Positions 38,541 through 49,795 of a DNA stretch of 64,000 nt are shown one piece after another; within the stretch, counting starts at the first letter, position 1, and the number at the start of each line of letters is the position of its first letter. The notes beneath the pieces were generated by a model. That model was given only the letters and a program-made list of their open reading frames with translations, made no database searches and was not told the DNA's origin. The position numbers and the translations under genes are program-made. The DNA comes from Mytilus trossulus (lineage: Eukaryota): contig NC_086385.1 of NCBI RefSeq assembly GCF_036588685.1, forward strand, positions 2,914,001-2,978,000, given 5' to 3'.

Positions 38541-40499
38541 GGTTGCCTATCCTTTTGATGTTTGAATAGATTATAGACAGTTGCTTATCTGTTTATCGTT
38601 CTATCACTGGCTTTTTTAGACTAGATACTCCGATCCCCTCTTAAATAATGACTTATTTAAACTTGCTTTCTAATTCTATATAAAAAAATCACAACTCAGA
38701 ACAGGAAAAATGACACTAAGTCTAATTTACTTCGACTACTGATCAGCTGATATGCAAACCTAAAAACAGACACAAAAATAACATAAAATAGTGATTGAAA
38801 GATTGATTGCACTTTGAATGTATAATTCAGACACGTGTTACATGAGGAGCCGGTTTGTTTACAAATAATTATGTCACGTGAAGGCGCTATGACGTCACAA
38901 TTTGCATCGATCTTGCAATACACTTATAGTTCACTCATACAGAATCCATTTAATATCATGCAACGTAAATGTGATTGGTTATCAAATAAAACAGAAATAA
39001 TGCATGTACAGTTTTAGAAGAATTTGTTCATCAAATAGATTAGATTTTAACTTTTGACACGAATAGGTCGGGTTGACATTTCTGTCATCGGGGATAATAT
39101 TGAGATAAATGGGATTAAACTGACCGTCAAAAATGTCTAGAGAAGCACATCTCGGGAACCTTATAATTAATAAGCCATAATTTCCAAAATTACTCTATAT
39201 TTATAAACCCTATAGATGTAAGTGAAATTTCACAATGATAAAGATAAATAATTTTGATGATGGCGATGAAGCTGGTTAAATTGGCGCTAAAAATATTCTT
39301 ACTCCTATTGCTTTACGTAATAAAATTTGTATAGAATTAAATTTGACTTAAGTTCAGCATAAAAAAAAGTGAATATGCAGAAGCATGGCAATATATTACT
39401 GATAAAGTGTGTATATATTTCTGTAAACGAAGTTGCCTGTATACTTCACTAAGGATTACATTTGAGCGCAAGGAGATATCTATTTGTGAATCGGTTTATT
39501 AACCCCTTTGAACCCAGGGTCGAAGTTCATTTTTAGCGTTGCTTTTACCATTGAGGCCATCTATTTTTATTGCGGGGTTTCACATATTTAAATCGGAATT
39601 ATAGAAAAAATGGAATGTTGTCAGCAGAATCAAAACAGAAAATGATGAACACTTGATTATTTTCAGCAATACATAAATTGGATTGATGGTCTGTGTATTC
39701 ACATTATTTGTAAAACTCTCCTTATTCCTGTGAAGCGTGTGCTTTACATCGAGGCTTGCTATACTTTACATCGACGCCACAGTACTTCAACCAATCAGGG
39801 AAGGTTTATTTGGGGCATTCGACCTATTTTAGTCAGATTTTGTCACATTTTAATCGAAATTATAGAAAAATGGAATATTGTTAGTACAAATAAAATAGAA
39901 AAAGATGAGAACTTTTAGCTAAAGATGATTTGGATGGGGGTTCTGGGTATTCACATTATTTGTACAACTCTCCCTTCTAATGCCATAGTTTGGAATTTCC
40001 GTGACCTAAATGGTTCGCGAAAATTAATATTTGTATATATAGTATAGTAATAACACTATGAATAATAATCACTGATGTAAAATTGCAAACGATCTCCCAT
40101 CTTCGCTAGCTCAGGGCTACGATACACTTCCCTCCTCCTCTCCACCATTGGCGGATTGAGAAAGAATTTCAGAGGCACAAAGTAATGATTTTCAGTGTAT
40201 GCAGTCGTTACGGGGCGCCGAATGGGACTCTTGTGGTTTTGTACCCAAAATTCAATTTTGTACGGACAAAAGTGACTTTTGTTCAACAAAAATGAGTTCA
40301 GTTTAACAAAATTTGTATCATACTACAAATTTGAAATTTTGTCATACAAAATTATCTATCAGCGGACAAAAGTCACTTTTATCATGACAAAATTCATTTT
40401 TGTTACACAGACTTGACTTTTGTTACCTAATTTGAAAATTGAGCGACAAAAGTCAATTTTGTATTTAAATTAGTTTAGTTTGGTTTCTGTGAACTAATT

Positions 40500-41460
40500 T
40501 GCATACAAAATCGACTTTTGTTACACAAAATTGACTTTTGTTACACAAAAATTACTTTTGTTACACAAAAATTACTTTTGTTACACAAAATTGACTTTTG
40601 TTACACAAAATTGACTTTTGTTACACAAAATTGACAAAATTGACTTTTGTCTCAACAAAATTGACAAAATTGAATTTTGTCTCAACAAAATTGACAAAAT
40701 TGAATTTTGTCTCAACAAAATTAACAAAATTGAATTTTGTCTCAACAAAATTAACAAAATTGAATTTTGTCTCAACAAAATTGATTTTTGTCTCACGAAA
40801 GTCAATTTTGTCTCACGAAAGTCAATTTTGTCTCATAAAAGTCAATTTTGTTGTTACAAAATTCATCACAAAAATGAATTTTGTCTCAACAAAATTGACA
40901 AAATTGACTTTTGTCTCAACAAAATTAACAAAATTTACTTTTGTCTCAACAAAATTTACAAAATTGACTTTTGTCTCAACAAAATTAACAAAATTGACTT
41001 TTGTCTCAACAAAAATTACAAAATTGAATTTTGTCTCACAAAAGTCAATTTTGTCTCACAAAAGTCAATTTTGTCTCACAAAAGTCAATTTTGTCTCACA
41101 AAAGTCAATTTTGTCTCACAAAAGTCAATTTTGTCTCACAAAAGTTAATTTTGTTTCACAAAATTGAATCTTACCGTACACAATTGACTTTTGTGATTTA
41201 ATTTCCATATCAGGTAACAAAAGTCAATTTTGTATGCAAATATGTTTATATTTGCATACCTTTAAGACAAAATTGACTTTTGTCATGACAAGTATGAATT
41301 TTGTCTACAAAAATGAATTTTGTCATGACAAAAATGAATTTTGTCTACACAAATGAATTTTGTCATCACAAAATTGAAGTTCTCACAAAACAAGTCTGTA
41401 GCACATAGTTTTGTAAGACAAAAATGATTTTGTTATGACAGAATTGAATTTTGTACAAAA
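40500..41460. repeat. 20/30-bp quasi-palindromic tandem repeats
   Basis: ACAAAATTGACTTTTGT and its inverse ACAAAAGTCAATTTTGT, in blocks. Confidence 0.92.
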
Positions 41461-41756
41461 CCTTTACTTTACTTTAGTCTGTACTGTTCCGCCTATATCA
41501 GACGACCCACTTTTCAGTGTGAATATCATACGTATATATATTATCAGTTAATCCAATGCACTAGTATTGATTGTTTATACACATTAACCACCACCTCTAT
41601 TTACACACGAGAATGAATACATCCCATGAATATATACATGACCGAAACTGGAGCGCAAGTCATAGGACCCTTAAAAGTTCGTTGCTCCATTTCAAATTAT
41701 CAATTGTCACATATGCACACTTATTCATTAAGCTGTTTGATATTGATTTATTAGTA

Positions 41757-44700
41757 CTACCTCAATAAATTCGATCGCACCTGATGTAACTTAAAACATA
41801 GTCCTCTAGTAATACATTCCACTTTAAAAACATCGCCTCTGGACAGAAAATGAAATACACTGCAGTCGATAATTAACTGTAAAGTGTTGATTTCGGAACT
41901 AAATAGTTCATCATAAAGTTTAGTAGTTACAACATCTTTAATAAAAGTTTTTAGACTCTGTATAAAACTGTTTCTCACATTATCTAAACTACTGCATCTC
42001 AAGATAAAATGTAACCGATTCTCATCCTCAGTTCCACATAGCGGACAGATTGCACTAATTTGTCGTTTACTAAATTTAGACTTATCACATTGTAGAGTAT
42101 AAGTGTTACATGCTAACTTAGATTTGATACAGGCACGTAAGGTAGAGTAAGGTTCAGATCCACAAGTATTCCAAATAGAATGAATGCTTCCAAATTCAGC
42201 ATCAGTATAGTTTAAAAGGTTTAAAGATGATTTTTCTGACGCTTCAGATTTTAGTTTAGTTATCCAGTAGTAGTTTACTAAAGAGTTAACCAGTTTTTTC
42301 CATTTTGACTTTGAAGGAGGGTTGACAAGTAGATCATGAGGTGACGGCAGATCATATAATTCTGTAATTGTAACTACTTTACGAAACCAGCTGTTTGATG
42401 ACTCGGTTTTCATTGCAAGTTGACGGAATGCTAAGTCACGTTCGACAGAGTTATCATTATCAATAATGTTTCTAAAAATACCAAGGATTCTTTTATGGAT
42501 TTCTGCTTCAATAGGAATTTGTCCAATTAATAGTAGAACAGCAGCATTTGCTGTACGATCCGGTAAATGTTGAATACGTTTTAAAAGTTTCACAAAATAT
42601 ATTGAAATATTACTAATGTCTGTTTTTGAAAGCAGTATGACCTCAAGTCCATATAAAAGCCTAGGAATCACGTAGCAGCGGATAAGATGAAGTGAAACCT
42701 TAGGGTTGACTCCATTTAGTCCATAAAGTCCAGCACCCATCAGTGAGTAGACAGTCTGTCTGGCTAGTTGAATGCGACCAGGGACAACTTCTTTAGTGCC
42801 TAAACGGGAAAGTTTATCACGTTTAATACCGAGATGAACTGCGTTTTCCGGAGTATCCAAAATTTCACCGTTAATAGACCAGTCGAAAGAGTCAGCACAT
42901 CTATAGTTTAATACACATGATTTTTGACTACTAATAAGATAACGAAATTTATTAGCATGAAAAGTTTGTAAATCTAACATAGACTGTATTTCGTATGGAC
43001 AGTTTGAAACTAAGGTGACATCATCTGCGACTGTCGGAACTCCTACGTAGATTGAGCCAATATGAGAACCTAAACGATAGGTTTCGAGTGTAGTGAGAAG
43101 AGAGTTTATGAAAATCTTATAAGCGGTTGGGGACCAGACACCACCCTGTCGGACACCTTGAGATTCCAGGAATGTTCTTGACGTTTGTCCTTGCCATTTA
43201 ATATTAGAGTTCAGCCCATTATACCAGTCCTTAAAGAGAAGCCAATTGTCACCACAAAGTCCAGCTTTATTCATTTCACGAAGAAGACCATCATGCCAAA
43301 CTACATCAAAAGCACTTTTAGCATCAGTGAGTGCAATAATTAGTGGATTCCCATTCTCTTTAGCCTCAGTATGTAATTCAGTAAGAATAAGCGCAGCAAC
43401 AAGCGGTATTTCACCTTGAGTAAAGCCTTTCTGTAACGGACTTTGTATATTGGAAATATTGTCCTTATTCCTGACAAGATGTAATTTTTCTGTTAATTTC
43501 CCAACAGGATTAGTAATAGTAATTTTCCTGTAGGAACCAGGATCCTCTTTCGGTTTCCCCTTTTTCTTGAAAACAGGACAAGCAAGTCCATTTTTAAATA
43601 CAGTTGGAATAATGTGATTTGAAAATGAGAATGTTATAATAGATGTTAAAACATAAGAGAGAGTTTTTCCACCAAATTTTAAATGTTCACAGGTTACTCT
43701 AGAGGCATCAGGTGCCTTTCCATTCTTAAGTGAATTAATAATTTGTACCACCTCCTTTTCTGAGACTGGGGCCAGAGTATCTCTATTATTAGTATAAGTA
43801 TCGGTCAAGGCTGATATGTCCTGTTCCACAATAAGTTTATATGTATCATCAAAGTCAGGGTTATCGACCGGGGTAGCTAGCTTTTCGTAATATGAAGCCC
43901 AGGTATCTAAAATTTCCTCCCTCAGTATTTATTATTTTATTGTCATATTTTAAAATAGATGTCACAGAAGAGCGCAAGTTACGCTGGTTGTTAATTAAAG
44001 TATAGAAATTTTTATCATTTCTGTCAGATAGCGACATAATATCAGTAAATTTAGACTGTCTCTTAGCAGATTCTATTTTCCTTTGTTCTGATCTAAGTTT
44101 CTTTTTAAGTATTCTCATTTGTTGATAATGAATGCTTAGTTTATCTGATGTTCCCTCTTGTCTCCACATCCAATAATGATATTTACTACGGTTTAAAATT
44201 TCAGTCATATTCGGAGTCCAGCATCTATTATTTTTCCCACGTTTTCTACTTTTAGGAGGTTGAAGCGAATCAGCAGTTTGAGTAATTATCTCACAAGCAG
44301 AGAACACAAATTCATCAAAGTTTTCAATTGATAGATTATCTATTTCAGTTACTTTTGACTGTAAGTTTAATTCCAATAATCGCTGATATTCACATTTATC
44401 AATCTTATTCCAATTAATACGCTGCAAATGATTGTTTTTTGGAATAGCATTTGGTCTATCTGACGTTTTTGTTATAACTGATACCATTATCGGATCATGA
44501 GTAGAGGTGTTAGCTGATTCACGGCTATACGTACAGTATGTATTAATAATATCAAAATTCTGAATAAAATAGTCAATTTGTGACTCATCACGATTGTTAA
44601 AATGATAAAATGTACTACACTCAACACAGTTGTCAGGAATACTTAGATTATTATTACGTAGAAAGATTTTAAAATCATTATCTCTAGGATGATTCCTGAA

Positions 44701-45174
44701 AATTGAGGCATTCATATCACCACCAATTAAAATATTAGCAGAGTCTCTATATTTTGTGACAATTTCGATAAGTTCGTCTAATACAGAAAGATAGTCATCA
44801 CGACTATAATTAATACTACGAGAAGGTAAATATACAGAAATAATCACCAGAGGTACTTCAAAGTTCAAACGTATTGCGGCAATTCTATTACTTCCATCAG
44901 GTAGTTTCTCCAAATATGGACTATATTTATTGTTTACGCAAATTGCGACCCCAGCATGTGCACGTTTTCTATCAACTACATCATCAATAATTCCATCGTC
45001 AAAACACTTAATATGACAGTTAAAATCTATAAAATTAGAATACAAATTATCCTTCTCATGACTATAGAGCCAGTGCTCTTGAAGTAAGATGATATCTGAT
45101 CTTTTAATAAGTTTATAAAGATACACTAAATTAGAGGTCAGACCTTCAATGTTAAAAGATAAAATATTTAACAT
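41757..45174 (-). CDS. LINE ORF2p (APE + RT + C-terminal Cys/His knuckle) with one frameshift at ~43920
   Basis: APE motifs SFNIEG, LQEHW, GGDMN, SQIDY, STHDP; RT motifs YRKITI, QKGF, DAKSAFD, GVRQGG, VADD, HLGI; C-terminal CPLC...E...HF..RC. Confidence 0.92.
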
Positions 45175-45182
45175 ATGTGTAG

Positions 45183-47057
45183 TTAAATTCTTGGCTGATT
45201 CGATAGGTGAGATTGTTGACTCTGATTCTGAAATCTCGGGATCACTTGGTATTGTCGAAGGACATTTGATTGACGAACATGATTCTGATTTCTCTGTCTT
45301 GTCGGAGGAGGGTGGTACATTGGTTTCTTTGGTGGAGAGTAGTTCATATGTGGCAGGTGTCTTTTCGGCGCACGAGTATGGCCTAAAAAAGGCGACTGTT
45401 CATTATATGATATACTATGACTGGGCGATTGTTCATCTCCTGCCTCGTCATCGCGCATTTCAAGTTCAGAGTCAAATAAAATATTTGTACAAGAGTCATT
45501 TGAAGGATTCTCATACTTAAACTGGTCAGCAGTTTGATTGTTAAACACTTTTTGTTTCTTTTTTCTTATTCTTGGTTGTTTACGTCCATTATCTATTTTA
45601 AAGTCAATGAATTTATCAGCTAAATTTGAAATTTTATTATCTTGTTTAAGTAGTTCGAATTCTAATGAACGTACACGTTGTTCCATGGCATATGATCTAG
45701 CATTATCTTCTCGATTAGATGCAGATGGTTCATGTACCGTATTGTTGGGTTTTTGTTGTTGAATCAATAATGAATGTTCAAGATCCTTTTTATCTTGCTC
45801 TAATTTAATAGTGAGGGCTCTGTTAGTAGCCAATTCCTTTTTCATTAGTTTTATTTCAGAATCTTGTTTACAAATGAGTGATTCTTTGGTTTTCAGTTGC
45901 TTATCTTTTAGTCCAAGTTGAGATTTTAAATGTTTTATTTCCTCTTCTAAAATGTTAGTGTTATTACACGTTGTTGTTGGAGTGGCACTGATGGACACAG
46001 GAATAGGATATGAGTTACAGTTATTTAAACGTGGCGGAGTGGAGCCCATAGCAGTGGGATGACTCAAGTTTGTAGAAATATCATTACTTTCTAAACGTGA
46101 CCGAATACTTGTGGTTGGTCGGATACCAATGTTTTCCGGTGCATGTTTTAGTTGAGGAGCAAGTAGATCTAATTGCAATGTTTTTAAAGTTTTGCAGCTG
46201 TTACAATTGTATTGAAGAGTTAAATCGTTTTCTATCTCGTCAACCTCCTTATCGGTTAGATTTTCACATTTATAATGTAGCCATTTATTGCAGATCTCAC
46301 ATTCAACTGCCTTATCGTCAGAACTACAAAGATTTTCACATGTAGGACAGTAGTCATTTAGTTGATCAGAAGTATTTATTATTGACTTTAAAGATGCAGA
46401 AGCACTATTTTGATTAGAATGTTGACACTGATCTTGTTGAGTACTAGTATTAATGTCTGTAGTTTGCATACAACTGGCCTGATTTGAATTCAAATATGCT
46501 GTGCAACAATGTCTGATTTTACTGTTAATTGCTATGAAATCCTTATTGTGGTCTAATACATTCAAGATATCAGGTAGGGTTGACGAAATAAAAACTGACA
46601 TATGTAGCTGATTACCATTCAAAACTACTTTTGACGAGGTATTGTAAAAGTTTAATACGTAAAGTTTGTTCTGTGCATCATTGACAACGACAGATTCAGA
46701 GACTACTGCTTTATTTATGTCAGTGGTATTAGTCCTTCTTATTGAGAGACCCTGACCTTGAAGCACACTCAGGGACACGATTTTGAATTCCTCATAAGCA
46801 CCGGCAGTGAATGTAAGCACCAAGTTACCAGGACTAAATTCAGGTACTACTGAGAATGTTCGATTTGAGGCATCAAGTTTTTGACGAATTGCTTTGTTTT
46901 TATTTAGAGCATATTCAGCTGAGTGATCAGAAGTATCGACGATAGATGACTTGTCACTAGTTGAGGTAACAGTTACAGCTTTACGTGCTGTCTTTGCAGG
47001 GGTATAGGCTGAGCGTTTTGTTTTGACTCGGTCACTCCTTCTTCTTGCTATCTCCAT
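45183..47057 (-). CDS. LINE ORF1p with PHD finger and coiled coil (624 aa)
   Basis: CPTC..C......ECEICNKWLHYKC....YNCNSC PHD motif; heptad-rich region LEEEIKHLKSQL...; uninterrupted frame. Confidence 0.9.
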   Translation of the reverse strand: MEIARRRSDRVKTKRSAYTPAKTARKAVTVTSTSDKSSIVDTSDHSAEYALNKNKAIRQKLDASNRTFSVVPEFSPGNLVLTFTAGAYEEFKIVSLSVLQGQGLSIRRTNTTDINKAVVSESVVVNDAQNKLYVLNFYNTSSKVVLNGNQLHMSVFISSTLPDILNVLDHNKDFIAINSKIRHCCTAYLNSNQASCMQTTDINTSTQQDQCQHSNQNSASASLKSIINTSDQLNDYCPTCENLCSSDDKAVECEICNKWLHYKCENLTDKEVDEIENDLTLQYNCNSCKTLKTLQLDLLAPQLKHAPENIGIRPTTSIRSRLESNDISTNLSHPTAMGSTPPRLNNCNSYPIPVSISATPTTTCNNTNILEEEIKHLKSQLGLKDKQLKTKESLICKQDSEIKLMKKELATNRALTIKLEQDKKDLEHSLLIQQQKPNNTVHEPSASNREDNARSYAMEQRVRSLEFELLKQDNKISNLADKFIDFKIDNGRKQPRIRKKKQKVFNNQTADQFKYENPSNDSCTNILFDSELEMRDDEAGDEQSPSHSISYNEQSPFLGHTRAPKRHLPHMNYSPPKKPMYHPPPTRQRNQNHVRQSNVLRQYQVIPRFQNQSQQSHLSNQPRI

Positions 47058-48799
47058 TATTGTTTATTTACTTATCGATGGAGATGAGTGATATATATCG
47101 AGAGGTAGTACTATGGATATCGATGATAGGTAATTTACTACACACGGTTAAACCAGTAAAAATTATGAGCAGTAAAACGAAACTTTAAAAAAGTTAAAAA
47201 ATGTCCGAGACTAAAAGAACAGATTCATTTAAAAATGTTATAAAATCTGTTAAAAGGTAAAAATAGTTCTATGGAAGTGTTGCTTATAAAGTCCGGTAAG
47301 ACAAAGACACAATAAATGTGGAGTATATATGCGTAAATATCAATTTACCAAAAAACTCAAGATGGCGTCGTCAGCAGATGCCAGTTTAACACACGATTCG
47401 TAGCTTTCCAGGTGAAATATAAAAGTTTTAATGTTCAGGTAACATGAACGATTGTTTTGGAGTAGAGGTGGTGTTAATAAAACAATGTGTATATAAAATG
47501 GTATGACTAAAACAGTAAAATAACACAGTTTTCCTCTGCAGCTAGAAAAGTGGGTCCGCCATGTTCGTCATCCGGGCAACACTCCCAAACCACAAGAGTC
47601 CCATTCGGCGCCCCGTAGTCGTAACTGGCTGCATCCAATCAAAAATCGTCTTTAACATGATCACGTGAAAATGTAAAAATGTAGGTAAACGATTACCACG
47701 TGATGAATGTGCAACAAGTCTTTTCACCTAAAAACATACGACGATATTTAGTGACAATTTAAAAATGTGTTTAATCAACTAATAGAAGTTTTCTGGGTAT
47801 TTTTCTTGCACAAATGTTTGAACGTCAAACGTCAACCCATATTTTCGTTTCCTACTGCACCAAGTTTGTAGACTCTAAATGCTATCGTGTTTTCACCTCC
47901 ACACTGAGGAGACTTCAAGTGCTCCCAATAGTCAAGAATAATGTATTTGGAATGAGCGTGTCATTAATCAAAAGATAGCAACTATAGGCTTAATATACCA
48001 AAAGTGGAGAGGAGGATAGTTGGTCGCAACCCTTGGCTAGCGAAGATACAATCCTCATGTGCCCGCCTGAAACAATATGAGTTGCTTTACCAACACTGTT
48101 TCGGTTAAGAAGGGGGTTTATCGCAAGCAAACATGTTTAATTTCGCCACATTTTCTATAGCCATTGGTCCATATGGGCGTAAAGTGCTTTTCAAATAAAA
48201 TTATAAAATTATGTACTTGTCCCAAATTAGGAGCATACAATTCAGTGTAACGTTTGTTGTTGAGTATCAAACTGTTTTCATTGGTTTTTTTTGTACTAAT
48301 CATACCGTTAGATTTCTCGTTTGAATTGTTTTACGTTTGTCCTGTTGGGGCCTTTTGCATCTGACTATGCGGTCTGGGATTTTGCTTACTTTAAATGCCG
48401 TACAGTGACCGTTTGTTTATGTCTATGTCATTTGGTCTTTGGTTGAAATTTGTCTCATTGGCATTTATACGACATCTTTGTATTTCAATATTGTGGTTTA
48501 GGACTGATTTATTAATAGGGCAACGATTTATCTTAGTCGGACTATTGGGAAACCGAACGAATTTACTCATGCGACAATGATTTATCTTAGTCGTACTATT
48601 GTTGGTGTTGAACTATATAAGGTTGTCAGACAAATTTACTATTAATGGCAGTGATAAAAATTCGTCGGCCTATAAGAATTTCAGACTAGTGTACTATGCA
48701 CTGTGTTGGAATCGATAAAACTTACAAGAATCATGTACCTCTGCTATCGCCTTTTTTAGTCCTGTGTGTGGGGGGATTCTATTTTGATTCATTTGTATG

Positions 48800-49377
48800 T
48801 TTCTAAAGTGAACATTGATTGGTTAAATATTTCTCAGCGTGTTTGAATTTGTTGATAGCCTTTTGGTCATGACTGTTTGTCTCTAATATTTAATTAACTG
48901 TGCATTTGTATTCAGATATCGCAGATCAAATTTATTCGTTCTTTGTGTAATCATACGTTTTTTGATTGAGTTAAGTCTGCTAATTGATATTTTATCGTAT
49001 GTTTTTACATGTTGTGATGTTATGCTATTGTTTCAGAAAAAGGGAGAAGGTTTGGGCCCATTAAAACGTTTAATCCCGCTGCAAATGTTTGCACCTGTCC
49101 TAAGTCAGGAATCTGATGTACAGTAGTTGTCGTTTGTTTATGTAATATATACGTGTTTCTCGTTTCTCGTTTTGTTTATATAGATTAGACCGTTGGTTTT
49201 CCCGTTTGAATGGTTTTACACTAGTAATTTTGGGGCCCTTTATAGCTTGTTGTTCGGTGTGAGCCAAGGCTCCGTGTTGAAGGCCTTACTTTAACCTATA
49301 ATGGTTTAATTTTTAAATTGTTATTTGGATGGAGAGTTGTCTCATTGGCACTCACACCACATCTTCCTATATCTATT
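48800..49377 (+). repeat. 5' pseudo-LTR
   Basis: Direct repeat of 53210-53787; I see only about two substitutions. Confidence 0.95.
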
Positions 49378-49795
49378 TACTGCAGGGTTTGTTACTCGTG
49401 CTGTGTGGATGCAGTAGAATGTGTCCCCGTGCTTGTAGTGTATGCCCTTATATATTTCAGTTATTGGTTGTTTGCCTGTGAGAGAGCTTTCACATGTTTA
49501 TATCTTTATTGTTTACGATGTTGGGATGTATTGATACTCATCCACGCCTGCTATTTTTTTTATTATTGCCCCCTGCTATGGTTTTTATTAGATTTCTTAC
49601 AACCACTGTTTTTGCCCTGTGTTTGTTACACATGTCAGTTTTGTTATATTAGTCCATACGTCGGGCCTTTTATTACAGTTTTTGTAAGAGTTCTTTACTG
49701 CACTCCTTATTATTCCTTATTCTGTAACTGTGATCCTCATTCAATGTTACAACCTCCGGTCTTTTGTATTGATCCTATACCCCTATTACATTATC

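Larger units (their letters stand above)
41463..47586 (-). mobile_element. Full-length LINE (APE-type non-LTR retrotransposon, probably RTE-X or CR1-group)
   Basis: 5' UTR, ORF1, ORF2, 3' UTR and (GTAAA)n tail at 41463-41477; AAACC duplicated at both flanks. Confidence 0.93.
40209..47617. mobile_element. Non-autonomous DNA transposon (TAYGG termini, IS3EU-like) hosting the LINE
   Basis: Perfect 31-bp TIR TACGGGGCGCCGAATGGGACTCTTGTGGTTT; TSD GTCGT at 40204-40208 and 47618-47622; interior made of ACAAAATTGACTTTTGT repeats. Confidence 0.85.

Noticed and set aside
40581-41167. KLTFVST-type repeat ORFs
   Set aside because: Products of 20/30-bp transposon-internal repeats.
45149-46345. Plus-strand ORFs antisense to LINE ORF1
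   Set aside because: Short shadow frames without motifs.
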